DNA of 49,960 nucleotides. Source: Nitrososphaerota archaeon. Lineage in GTDB: Archaea; Thermoproteota; Nitrososphaeria; Nitrososphaerales; UBA213. Position 1 is the first letter of the stretch, and each line of letters starts with the position of its first letter. Below, one piece after another: positions 29,544 to 39,369 of the stretch. Position numbers and translations under genes: made by a program. Below the pieces are notes generated by a model that searched no databases, was not told the origin of the DNA, and saw only the letters and a list, made by a program, of their open reading frames with translations. The stretch is from assembly GCA_002713325.1 (NCBI GenBank), contig PAWD01000008.1, positions 138,428-188,387 of the forward strand, given 5' to 3'.

Positions 29544-30515
29544 TTAAAATAAATTCTTACTATGTTTGTATTGTTGAATTTTTTCATTCTTTGATGGTTT
29601 TCTAAACACATAGAGATGCTCATGTGCTATTTTGTAGAAATCGTAGTATGAACCTCCCCATACTTCCCTTGTTTGTTTTGTCTTATGTTGTACTTTTATG
29701 ATATCTTCTTTAAGAATGAAACCAGCATTAAGGAATATATGAAGTACGTTATGTGATATAGGTACGTAATGTCTATGCTTTCTGGTATCTCCTATAAGTA
29801 TCGAACAATGCTTACCAGGTTTAACAACCCTGAAACATTCTTTTGCCACTAAATACATTTCTGATAAATAATTATCAATAGATAATGCAGATAGATCGGC
29901 CTTGTTCTCTGCTCTTGAATAGGGAATTATACCAGCGTATGGTGGATGTGTTGCGATCAAGTCAATACTATTGTCATCGATCTTATCCAAATTACAGGCA
30001 TCGCCTTCATATGTTTTAATTGTAACCCCGCTATCATAGTCAAAACTCAATCTATCCAAAGCCACCATTACCGAATTATGGTTTATATCAACGCCTATTG
30101 CATTTCTACCCAACAACTTACATTCAACCAGGGTAGTACCACTTCCCATCATCTGATCAAGAACCGTATCTCCTTCTTTCGTATACTTCCATATCAAATT
30201 ATGCGGAATATATGGACTCCAGTTACCCCTATACTTTCCATCATGTGTAGACCAATCGCCTCTATTAGGGAAAGACCAAACAGTAAATGATTCATGTTTA
30301 TAGTCGGTTGGAGGAGTAAAATTCTTGATTAATACTGCTTGTCCTATAGGTATGGTAACATTTCCAACCATTACCTGTTTATACTTCTTTGTAAACCGCT
30401 GAAAATCTCTATCGGTCACAAGTATCATACTTGCATATTTTTCCTGTTTTAGTTGTTCTAAATGTGATGCTTTTTGCACTCTATCTAATTGAAAATTACA
30501 TAAAAAAATACACAA
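29544..30515 (-). CDS. SAM-dependent N6-adenine/N4-cytosine-type methyltransferase, apparently orphan
   Basis: Motif I VLDQMMGSGTTLVECKLLGRNAIGVDIN is followed ~60 aa later by motif IV IDLIATHPPYAG. The ORF opens at TTG 30515; a likelier ATG is at 30428 (MILVTDRD). Confidence 0.7.
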   Translation of the reverse strand: MCIFLCNFQLDRVQKASHLEQLKQEKYASMILVTDRDFQRFTKKYKQVMVGNVTIPIGQAVLIKNFTPPTDYKHESFTVWSFPNRGDWSTHDGKYRGNWSPYIPHNLIWKYTKEGDTVLDQMMGSGTTLVECKLLGRNAIGVDINHNSVMVALDRLSFDYDSGVTIKTYEGDACNLDKIDDNSIDLIATHPPYAGIIPYSRAENKADLSALSIDNYLSEMYLVAKECFRVVKPGKHCSILIGDTRKHRHYVPISHNVLHIFLNAGFILKEDIIKVQHKTKQTREVWGGSYYDFYKIAHEHLYVFRKPSKNEKIQQYKHSKNLF

Positions 30516-30614
30516 GCAACATTGAAATTACCTAAGAAGCAAATTTGTTAGACTAGATCTCATGAATTATCTTGGAACCATAAGATCATATACTAGTAAT
30601 GTGAATAGTGTGAT

Positions 30615-30830
30615 ATGAGTTCTGATGGCCACAAGAGAATAAGAATAGTTATCCATGAATTGGATAAGGGTAAATACAGGAAAGCCACCTCGAGAAACAT
30701 AAGTGTCTTCGATAGTGCATCAGTGGATGAGGTACAGAATATAGTCCTGAATGCCTTGGCTAGATACGGTATAAAACACAAATATACTTGGAATAGCACT
30801 GAAATACCAACTGTACAGACGCAGAACTGA
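30615..30830 (+). CDS. Hypothetical small protein
   Basis: 71-aa ORF with normal charged/polar composition. The overlapping antisense ORF (30593..30799) looks like a shadow. No motif recognised. Confidence 0.3.
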   Translation: MSSDGHKRIRIVIHELDKGKYRKATSRNISVFDSASVDEVQNIVLNALARYGIKHKYTWNSTEIPTVQTQN

Positions 30831-30885
30831 TACTGTGGGTAGATTAAAATATAATATATTTCCCAGTTTACAGTTTATTTTCTTG

Positions 30886-32820
30886 TTAAAGTAACCTAAT
30901 CGCTTCCTTCACACTAGGAGCATTTGTATGAATCTTGAATATCCTACCAACTGCACTGGCAACGTTCTCCACTTTTCGTCTCTCACCATGGTTTACTATC
31001 ACCCTTCTTAGCTTCGGCCTAAGCTTACCCACATAGGATATTAATTGATTATAATCACTATGCCCACTAAAACCTTCTATCTTCTCTACACCACAATTAA
31101 TGTTAATTACTTCTATCTTTCCCTCTCTTCCCATAACGGAAACCTGTTTAGAACCGTCCAATACTCTTCTTCCAAGTGTTCCGTTGACCTGATACGACAC
31201 AAAGACTACCCTATTCTTTGGATTTGATGCCAATGCCTTGAAGTATTCTATTACTGGTCCTCCCTCCAGCATACCAGAAGTTGCCATTGTAATAGCAGGT
31301 CCGTCCCTAAGGGCTTCTTCTCTTCCATCAGCACGCTCTATTATTGTAAAGTATTCAGACATGAACGGATTGTCATCAGTTTCCATTATACGTTGTCTCA
31401 GTTCCCTTGCCAAGTATTCTGGATTGGCTACATGCATCGCAGTGGCTTCAGAGATCATACCTTCAATGAATACCGGTGCTTCTATCATCTTACCTGCTTT
31501 CATGTAAGAATCAATTACCATTAGTATTTCCTGTGCTCTACCCACTGCCGGAACAGGAATTAGTACCTTACCACCATCTGTAAGTGTTCTGTTAATAGTG
31601 TTTACGAAGTTCATTTCCACTTCTTCCCTTGACGGCATGATATCTTCTTTCGCACCATAGGTACTTTCTATGATCAGTGTTTCGACCCTGGGATAGTTCC
31701 ACGAGGCACTTTCAAACATCTGACTTCTTCCATATTTTAGATCAGCAGCGTAAACCAAATTATGATCTCCATTACCAATATGCAGATGCATTGTTGAGGA
31801 GCCCAAGATATGTCCAGCGTTTGATAACACTAACTTTACATCGGGAGCAATGTCAGTAACCATACCATATGGCAAGGTTATCGTATGTTTGATAACTTCT
31901 TTTATATCACGTTCAGTATAAAGTGGAATCTTGCCTTCTACCATTGCTACCTTTATCATATCGTTTTGAATAAGGGTCATCAGTGGGAGTGTAGGCTCTG
32001 AGCAGTAAATAGGACCTTTGTAACCATACTTGAATATAACGGGAAGAAATCCTGTATGATCCAAATGTGCATGACTAATCACAATAGCATCCAATTCATC
32101 AAGCTCTATGTTTGCCCAATCAAGTCTTGGGAATGCATTTAGTGATTCCCTGGCACCTGGATTTATTCCACAATCAAGCAATATTTTACTCTCGTGAGTT
32201 GTTAGCAACATACATGAACGTCCTACTTCACCAAAACCACCTAGTGTAAGCAAACTTGCTTCTGCAGTTTGATCAAGTTTAGGCCGGAATATTTGATCTC
32301 CCACATATTTGTAGAATTTATTTCTCTCATTTGCGTTCATCTTCAACGTATAATTCACTTGCTTCATCATTTCTGATTGAATATGTGATGCTTTCTTTAC
32401 GCGTATTTTCCATCCAGTTTTGTTAATTAATTCTATCATATTGAAGTCATTAGTGGATGTATCTGGCTGATTTACTATCCATGGCTTCTTAACCTCTACC
32501 GTTATTTCTCCCAAAGCAGTATCAAAAAATGTGCTCTTTACTTCCGCATCTTTCGGTAATAGTTGAATTAAAATATTTCTAGCATCTTCCTCGCTCTTGC
32601 GTATCGATTCATCAGTTCGTACAATTATACGTTTTTTGATCATGTTAACCATGTTTGAAATTATTTGATTATTTTCCATCAAATATTTTGGGTTTTTGGT
32701 GTAAAGAGCTATCATCGGTCCTTCATATTCTATCTTAGTTATAGCAGCATCGCTAGGAATACTCTGTAATATTATGGACATTATATTGTATCCTTGTTCA
32801 CCCGTATTTTCTTGCATCAT
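30886..32820 (-). CDS. aCPSF1 (KH-domain + metallo-beta-lactamase/beta-CASP ribonuclease; archaeal termination factor family)
   Basis: 644 aa. N-terminal KH region, HAHLDHTG metallo-beta-lactamase motif and beta-CASP C-terminal part. Its start overlaps the psmB stop by 1 nt. Confidence 0.9.
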   Translation of the reverse strand: MMQENTGEQGYNIMSIILQSIPSDAAITKIEYEGPMIALYTKNPKYLMENNQIISNMVNMIKKRIIVRTDESIRKSEEDARNILIQLLPKDAEVKSTFFDTALGEITVEVKKPWIVNQPDTSTNDFNMIELINKTGWKIRVKKASHIQSEMMKQVNYTLKMNANERNKFYKYVGDQIFRPKLDQTAEASLLTLGGFGEVGRSCMLLTTHESKILLDCGINPGARESLNAFPRLDWANIELDELDAIVISHAHLDHTGFLPVIFKYGYKGPIYCSEPTLPLMTLIQNDMIKVAMVEGKIPLYTERDIKEVIKHTITLPYGMVTDIAPDVKLVLSNAGHILGSSTMHLHIGNGDHNLVYAADLKYGRSQMFESASWNYPRVETLIIESTYGAKEDIMPSREEVEMNFVNTINRTLTDGGKVLIPVPAVGRAQEILMVIDSYMKAGKMIEAPVFIEGMISEATAMHVANPEYLARELRQRIMETDDNPFMSEYFTIIERADGREEALRDGPAITMATSGMLEGGPVIEYFKALASNPKNRVVFVSYQVNGTLGRRVLDGSKQVSVMGREGKIEVININCGVEKIEGFSGHSDYNQLISYVGKLRPKLRRVIVNHGERRKVENVASAVGRIFKIHTNAPSVKEAIRLL

Positions 32821-33461
32821 TAACCACTAAGCGAAAACGATTGTATTTCTTGTCTTGAAAGCTCGCGATATCCATTTGTATCTATTATAGCCACATCTAT
32901 TCCATCCCCAGTGCCTGCATTTCTTCTAATAGCAGCTGCTATTGCTCTTGCTGCAACTTTCGATCCATCTTCTACACTCATACCTTCCTTGTATTCACTT
33001 TCAAGAATTCCATACGCAACTGGTGAACCACTTCCAGTTGCCATAAACTTCTCTTTATTCAGTGAACCAAAGAGATCTACGTTATAGATAATGGGGCCTT
33101 CTTGGTCATGTCCTCCAACCAAGATTTCAACCATGTATGGAACAGGATATCTTTGCGAGAAGAACATATTGGATGCTAGTCTTGCACATGACTTCAAAGG
33201 CATAGGAATTCTGTTTTGAAGTTTGTAGATATTTGCATGATAACGCAATATGTCTCCAACATTCTGCGCTTCTGCAACACCACCGGCAATAGTCATTGCT
33301 ATATGATTATCTATTTTCTGGATCTTCTTCACATGTCTGTGTGCTATGTAAAGAAAACCAGCTGTTGCCCTAGTATCAGTAGCTAATACTGTACCGTCGG
33401 AACATTTTATTCCAACGGTTGTAGTTCCGTGTAATGTATTCTGATTTACATAGTCTGACAA
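32820..33461 (-). CDS. psmB: Proteasome beta subunit
   Basis: Propeptide followed by the active-site TTTVGIKCSDGTVLATDTRAT; 213 aa. Confidence 0.9.
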   Translation of the reverse strand: MSDYVNQNTLHGTTTVGIKCSDGTVLATDTRATAGFLYIAHRHVKKIQKIDNHIAMTIAGGVAEAQNVGDILRYHANIYKLQNRIPMPLKSCARLASNMFFSQRYPVPYMVEILVGGHDQEGPIIYNVDLFGSLNKEKFMATGSGSPVAYGILESEYKEGMSVEDGSKVAARAIAAAIRRNAGTGDGIDVAIIDTNGYRELSRQEIQSFSLSG

Positions 33462-33561
33462 AAGAGATCACTTAAGGAATAAATCAAATAAGATTTCACC
33501 ACTTAAATAAGGTTTCGATTAAGGTCAGAATTAAATAACAGCTAGCGATAGATCGTATGAT

Positions 33562-34608
33562 TTGTCAACTCATTTGATGGAGTTGCCTAGAAAGATACTG
33601 ATCGGAGATGGTGTTATCAGAGATCTCGGTAATTTCGTTACTGATCTAGGTGTGAAGAATGTTGCGATAGTAAGTGGTGCAGTTGTGAAAGCAAGAGTAG
33701 GAGATCAGTGTCATGAATCCCTTGCAAATTCTGAACTGAAGAATGTATGGTTTCTTACCACTGCAGCCAACATGGAGACTGTTGATGTGATTCAGAATGA
33801 GATTTTAAAGAATGGAAGCGAGGTGATAATAGGTTTTGGTGGAGGAAAAAGTGTAGATGTTGCAAAGACTATTGCTTATAATTTGAACAGACCGTTTATT
33901 AGCGTCCCTACGTCTGCGTCGCATGATGGTATATCCAGTCCATTTTCATCAATTAAAGGTCATAATAAACCACATTCCATTAAAACGAAAACTCCTATAG
34001 GTGTATTAGCAGATACAAGAATAATTGCTGGTGCACCAAGGAGGTTGTTGGCATCTGGCTGTGGTGATCTGATCGCAAAGGTAACAGCTGTGAAGGATTG
34101 GGAACTTGCAAGGGATAAAAAAGGTGAATATTTTGGTAAATACTCATCAAACCTTGCATCCATGAGTGCAAAGATAGTGATGGCGGAATCAAAATCAATT
34201 GGAGAAGACAACGATACTAGTGTAAGGACAGTAGTTGAAGCATTGATAAGTTCTGGTGTTGCTGCATGCATCGCGGGTAGTAGCAGACCGTGTTCTGGTG
34301 CTGAACATTTATTCAGTCACGCACTTGACTTCATTTCTCCAAACCAGGCACTGCATGGAGAGAAGTGTGGTATAGGTGCTATAATGATAGCCAAACTTCA
34401 TGATATTGAATGGGAGTATATAGCTAGTACGTTGAAAGATACAGGTGCTCCTATTACTGCAAAAGAGATAGGTATTGATGCCGACACTGTAGTTAAAGCA
34501 TTGATAATAGCTTCTACGTTGAGACCTGAGAGATACACGATACTTAATAAAATAAGTTTGATGGAACAGGATGCATTAGAATTAGCAAAATCAACTGGAG
34601 TAATTTAA
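33562..34608 (+). CDS. egsA: Glycerol-1-phosphate dehydrogenase [NAD(P)+]
   Basis: Iron-ADH/glycerol-DH fold. GFGGGKSVDVAK, SHDGISSP, HGEKCGIGA. Opens at TTG; ATG at 33577 (MELPRK). Confidence 0.85.
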   Translation: MSTHLMELPRKILIGDGVIRDLGNFVTDLGVKNVAIVSGAVVKARVGDQCHESLANSELKNVWFLTTAANMETVDVIQNEILKNGSEVIIGFGGGKSVDVAKTIAYNLNRPFISVPTSASHDGISSPFSSIKGHNKPHSIKTKTPIGVLADTRIIAGAPRRLLASGCGDLIAKVTAVKDWELARDKKGEYFGKYSSNLASMSAKIVMAESKSIGEDNDTSVRTVVEALISSGVAACIAGSSRPCSGAEHLFSHALDFISPNQALHGEKCGIGAIMIAKLHDIEWEYIASTLKDTGAPITAKEIGIDADTVVKALIIASTLRPERYTILNKISLMEQDALELAKSTGVI

Positions 34609-34663
34609 CTAAGTGATGTACTAGATATTCTCAAAGAAGTTATTCTTTAGTTCGGTGAAGAAC

Positions 34664-35356
34664 CTAGGTTTGTGGTTGAGGCTCATAAGTTTCTATGAAT
34701 TTTATCTTCTTGATGGTATTAGCATACTTGAAGATATCATTCACAATTGCACGTTTAATTATTTGCAAGCCTTCATACATGTAATTCTCTTCAGGTAACT
34801 CAACCTCAATATTACTTTCACTTACTATTATCTTCAGTTTGGTTTCATCAACTGGTATCCTACGTTTTATCAACGCTATAATCTTTTCATTGTCCTGTTC
34901 CAGTAGTTTCAATATCTCTAACGCATACACAATTGTTTTTCCTGCCAACCTGTGGTTATAGTCTAGTTGTACTCTTCCAGAACTTATGAAACGCACAATA
35001 GCAACCTTGTTGTCAATTTCTATTGCATCACCTACTTTGATTTCATCAGCTTTCTCACCTAGTTTTCTTAACGATACCATTCTAACCTTATCCTTGTCTC
35101 TTTCACCAAATCCCTTTTCAGGTGGTACTTCTACATCCATTTTCTCTCCAATGTTAGCATTCACCAGTGCTTCATCCATACCTTGTAGAACCCAGCCCTC
35201 ACCTACGGAAATCAGTCTTGGCTCGTAAGTCCTCGTATGATCAAAAACATTAAATTTTTTAGCATCTTCTTCAATAGTGGTTTCTATAACTTCATCTGTG
35301 TCCTTTACCTTTGCAGTGTAATTCAGTAATACAAGAGAACCCTTCGCAAGTGTCAT
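34664..35356 (-). CDS. Long-type archaeal FKBP peptidyl-prolyl isomerase
   Basis: KGSLVLLNYTAKV ... GEGWVLQGMDEAL ... PPEKGFGERD ... LDYNHRLAGKT, plus a C-terminal extra domain. Confidence 0.75.
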   Translation of the reverse strand: MTLAKGSLVLLNYTAKVKDTDEVIETTIEEDAKKFNVFDHTRTYEPRLISVGEGWVLQGMDEALVNANIGEKMDVEVPPEKGFGERDKDKVRMVSLRKLGEKADEIKVGDAIEIDNKVAIVRFISSGRVQLDYNHRLAGKTIVYALEILKLLEQDNEKIIALIKRRIPVDETKLKIIVSESNIEVELPEENYMYEGLQIIKRAIVNDIFKYANTIKKIKFIETYEPQPQT

Positions 35357-35404
35357 AAAATCCGCTAATAAATGACCATATATTAACTTTGCAAGGAAAA
35401 AATA

Positions 35405-36556
35405 TTACCGTTTCAGTTTTTCTTCTGCAACAGAAAGTGCATCAGTATTTGTGTTTATACCCATTATTGAAAGTGTAGACACAATTGCAGATAGTGTTCT
35501 CATCACATGATAATTACTTACTTCACCCATTGAACCGATTCTAAATAATTTTCCTTTGAGATCTCCAAACCCACCAGCCACTAATACCTTGAAATTATTT
35601 GCTAGTAATGTTCTGAACTTTTTATCTTCTACATTATCCTTGTAATTAATTGCTATAATAGTCCTTGATCTAACATCTGGTTTTACAAAAGGTGTAAAAC
35701 CCATACTGGATAGTGAATCATAGAACGCTTCTGCACATGTTATATGGCGTTTTATTCTATTATCTATTCCTTCTTCTAGTATCCTGTCTAGTGCATCGTC
35801 AAAGGCAAAGTATAATGGTAAAGCAGGTGTAAATGGTGTCTCCGTTTTATCACTATAATATTTGAAGTACCTTGGTAAGTTAAAGTAAAGTGTTGGAGGG
35901 GGATTGTCAATCATGAACTTCTTCGCTCTTGCGCTCACAGATATTGGTGCAAGTCCAGCTGGTGCAGCCAATGCCTTCTGACTTGCAGTTACACAAATGT
36001 CAACATTCCATTTGTCTACGGGTAATTCATCACCACCAAGATTTGACACGGCGTCAACAACAAAGAACGCATCATGTTTTGATGTTAAATCACTGACCTT
36101 GTCCAACCACGTTATCCTAGTTCCTGTAGATGTTTCGTTATAAACAACGTATAATGCTTTTACACCTTTGTTATTTTCAAAGGCTTCTTCGATCTTCTCA
36201 AAACTAGGTATTTCACCGTAAGGAGCTTTAACGCGTATAGTCTGTCCTCCTATGGTATCTATGAGGTCTGCCAGTCTAGAACTGAACTCACCGTTAACTG
36301 GTATGATCACCTTATCGCCCTTTCTTATCAGATTTAGTACTGACGCTTCAACACCACCTGTTCCAGACGCAGTTAAAACTACAACATCATTCTCTGTCTG
36401 GAAAACCTTTTTGGTCTTCTCCTGAATTCTTTTATTCAATGGCCAAAAATCTTCAGATCTGTGACCTATTACAGGAGCTGACATAGCCTGTAAAACCCTG
36501 TGTGATACATTAGTTGGGCCCGGAAGCATTACCAAGTAATTTGGAGGGTATTCCAT
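35405..36556 (-). CDS. Class V pyridoxal-phosphate aminotransferase (serine/alanine-glyoxylate or phosphoserine type)
   Basis: MLPGPTNV N-terminus, VVDAVSNLGG, and the PLP-lysine context TASQKALAAPAG. Confidence 0.8.
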   Translation of the reverse strand: MEYPPNYLVMLPGPTNVSHRVLQAMSAPVIGHRSEDFWPLNKRIQEKTKKVFQTENDVVVLTASGTGGVEASVLNLIRKGDKVIIPVNGEFSSRLADLIDTIGGQTIRVKAPYGEIPSFEKIEEAFENNKGVKALYVVYNETSTGTRITWLDKVSDLTSKHDAFFVVDAVSNLGGDELPVDKWNVDICVTASQKALAAPAGLAPISVSARAKKFMIDNPPPTLYFNLPRYFKYYSDKTETPFTPALPLYFAFDDALDRILEEGIDNRIKRHITCAEAFYDSLSSMGFTPFVKPDVRSRTIIAINYKDNVEDKKFRTLLANNFKVLVAGGFGDLKGKLFRIGSMGEVSNYHVMRTLSAIVSTLSIMGINTNTDALSVAEEKLKR

Positions 36557-36600
36557 CTCTTACATACTATAGTACGTATATCCGTTATTTATACATAAAA

Positions 36601-37113
36601 CTATTTGAATTGTAGTAGTTTTATTCTATTTATTCCATCTATTTCTTTCACCATTTCTGCTACCTGTTTGGGTACAAATGCTTTCCAGTTTTTATCACTA
36701 GCAATTCTTAGCCTTATCTCTGTTCCTTCAAGGATTTTACGCTTTAAAAATGGGATCTTCATAACCTTTTTTTCATGCTCATTGAAGAGCATACTGCTAA
36801 ACGGATCGTTTGTAAAAACAATATCATATCTTGGTATTAGTATGTCAACTTGGCTTACCCATAAAGAATGAACGTTCACATCGTTAACTGGAATGGCAAG
36901 CCATCTTTTAGGGTTGATCTTATTTACATCAAGTACTGCCTTGATCATTGTCAAGCGCTCTCCAGCAGTAAATGGGTTCTTTTTCTCATAACTCTTCTGT
37001 GCGCTGCCTATTGCAATCCACAACACGTCAACTTTTCCAAGTGCAAACTTTACAGCATGTAAATGACCATTATGAAAAGGTTGGAACCTACCAACAAACA
37101 AACCGTGCTTCAT
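36601..37113 (-). CDS. nadM: Nicotinamide-nucleotide adenylyltransferase (archaeal type)
   Basis: 170 aa with the GRFQPFHNGH nucleotidyltransferase motif. Confidence 0.85.
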   Translation of the reverse strand: MKHGLFVGRFQPFHNGHLHAVKFALGKVDVLWIAIGSAQKSYEKKNPFTAGERLTMIKAVLDVNKINPKRWLAIPVNDVNVHSLWVSQVDILIPRYDIVFTNDPFSSMLFNEHEKKVMKIPFLKRKILEGTEIRLRIASDKNWKAFVPKQVAEMVKEIDGINRIKLLQFK

Positions 37114-37696
37114 ATAGTAGTCTTTCTACAAATATTATTTAAACAAATTTTGCTTAATATTTCTTAAAGTTAATGGTATTCATGGTGATCATAAACACCA
37201 ATAAACAATAGATTCTAAGACTCACCATATCTAATTTCATTCATTGAATAGTATGATAAATATGCATTCAAACAAATACATTTCAGATGTTTATTGCTAT
37301 TCTATCTATGAACAAGAAGTAAAGATAGATATGATGAAATATACGTGCGTATAAAACTAAGAAAAAACAATGATCACTATAAATCATATGATATGATATG
37401 AGATCCTTATCAACACTACAGATGAATAATATTACAAAACTTTCTCCATTTATCGATCATAAACACATTGAATATGAAATGTGTGGTAGAGAACTCAAAT
37501 GAACAACATATAGTGATTATAATAAGTATAAAGAAGTAATTTATTCCAATAGATGGAAATGTGTTAGTTAAAAATATTTGTATATTCTTACGATTATTTT
37601 GATATCATTGATAGAAGTTAGCGTAATATTAAAATCCTTTAATAATATTACCGTATAATATTATATACATTCAGTGTCTAACACGGGGAGATTATA

Positions 37697-37903
37697 AATC
37701 TAGTTCCACTAAGTGATCAATGATGGTAATTATCTTACTCAGGTTTTTACAGGATTAATATGATCCTAGAATCTTTTGATAAGCTTTATTGATAACGATG
37801 TGAGAAAACGTGTGATGTTGATTAGGATTTCACTAAGGAAAAAAAATTTACATATACACAATCGAAGATTAACTTCATTATAATGATACAGTGGAACTAG
37901 ATT
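37697..37903. repeat. Perfect 14-bp inverted repeat, arms 179 nt apart, inside an 820-bp ORF-free spacer
   Basis: AATCTAGTTCCACT at 37697-37710 and its exact reverse complement AGTGGAACTAGATT at 37890-37903. Read directly from the sequence. Confidence 0.6.
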
Positions 37904-37935
37904 AACTTATTTTACTAGCATATACAAGTATTGTC

Positions 37936-38970
37936 ATGGAATTCAGAATTGACGGATCCTATGGAGAAGGTGGAGGACAGATCTTACGAACATCAGTTAC
38001 ATTGGCAACAATCATGAAGAAAGCTGTGGAAATTGTTAACATTAGGGCAAAGAGGAGCAATCCCGGATTACGACCACAACATGTCAATGCAATCAAAGCA
38101 ATGGCTTCTTTATGCAACGCTTATGTAGAAAATGTCTATGTGGGTTCTAATATGATCAAATTTATTCCGAAGGATATGCAAAGTAATTCTATCAAGATTG
38201 ATGTTGGTACAGCTGGAAGTGTAACGATGATACTGCAGACAATTATACCTGCAGCAAGTCTATCTGGCAGACGTGTTGAAGTTGAATTGAGAGGAGGTAC
38301 AGATGTACGATGGAGTACAACGTTAGATTATCTCCGTTTTGTTGTGCGGCCGGCCTTTAGTATGCTCGGAATTGATTTTAATATAGATGTGCAGAGAAGA
38401 GGATATTATCCTGTTGGTGGTGGTATTATAAAAGCAACTATAGAGCCTTGTACAAAGCTAAACACATTAGATATGATCAAAGCTCCAAAGGTGGAACCAA
38501 CGATGGTAAGTGTGTGCTCGTCTCTTCCCGCACATGTTGCACAGAGACAGATAGCTTCTACTCTTGCCAAATTACAGAAGGTAAATGTTGCATGTAAATC
38601 CTATTCTGCGTCAGTTGAACAATCTAGTTCGCCAGGCTCTTCAATTCTAGTTTATTCTGTAAGCAACTTCGGTCCATTCATAGGTGGTGATGCAATAGGT
38701 CAGAGGGGCAAACGTGCGGAGGATGTAGGTATAGAAGCTGCTGAGAAGTTTCTTACAGCATATAATAGCAATGCACCAATAGACGAGTACTTGGCAGATA
38801 TGCTTGTACTTCCACTATGCTTGGCAGAAGGTAAATCAAGATTCATTGTAAACAAAGCTTCACAACATCTTAACACAAATCTTTATGTAACGAGTAAAAT
38901 AGTTGGATGCAAGTATGGAATAAGTAAAGTTGATGATAACTATATCGTAAATATAGAACACAGATCCTAA
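37936..38970 (+). CDS. rtcA: RNA 3'-terminal phosphate cyclase
   Basis: IDGSYGEGGGQILRTS N-terminal signature; 344 aa. Confidence 0.9.
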   Translation: MEFRIDGSYGEGGGQILRTSVTLATIMKKAVEIVNIRAKRSNPGLRPQHVNAIKAMASLCNAYVENVYVGSNMIKFIPKDMQSNSIKIDVGTAGSVTMILQTIIPAASLSGRRVEVELRGGTDVRWSTTLDYLRFVVRPAFSMLGIDFNIDVQRRGYYPVGGGIIKATIEPCTKLNTLDMIKAPKVEPTMVSVCSSLPAHVAQRQIASTLAKLQKVNVACKSYSASVEQSSSPGSSILVYSVSNFGPFIGGDAIGQRGKRAEDVGIEAAEKFLTAYNSNAPIDEYLADMLVLPLCLAEGKSRFIVNKASQHLNTNLYVTSKIVGCKYGISKVDDNYIVNIEHRS

Positions 38971-39369
38971 ATTGAATTACTTCTTCAAACGTTGAAATTT
39001 TTACATATGTAACAAAAACTACGCCATAGATAATACTACAATTATATTAACCAACAATATGATGTTGAAGTTTGAATCAAATAATATATTCTGAGATAAA
39101 AAATAACTTTATTCGTGTTACAATTAATACTAGGTGGTATTTTGTTGAACATTCTATCGATTTTTGTCATTGGTGTGTATTTTCTCGGTTGAATTAGCAG
39201 AGAAATATTAACATTGTTATAAGCGCTTACTGGTGAAAATTGAATCGTCTACCTATGTGCTACCTGAAAGTAGATGATCCAAGTAGTGAGAATTATACAA
39301 TTAGTATTTTTACACTGAATCAATGGAACTCTTTATGTATAGTTTATAATAAAAAAACATAAATGTAAA

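Noticed and set aside
30593-30799. 68-aa minus-strand ORF overlapping the 71-aa plus-strand ORF.
   Set aside because: It is a hydrophobic, low-complexity antisense translation. The plus-strand frame has the more protein-like composition.
37654-37665. AT-only palindrome TATAATATTATA in the long spacer.
   Set aside because: A 12-nt palindrome made only of A and T is expected by chance in sequence this AT-rich.
37683-37710. Reading the G-run plus the TTCCAC dyad arm as a bona fide origin recognition box (ORB).
   Set aside because: The orientation of the G-run relative to the dyad does not match the ORB layout as I remember it. The second arm has no G-run, and no orc1/cdc6 gene is in the window. 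This remains only a low-probability alternative in the finding.
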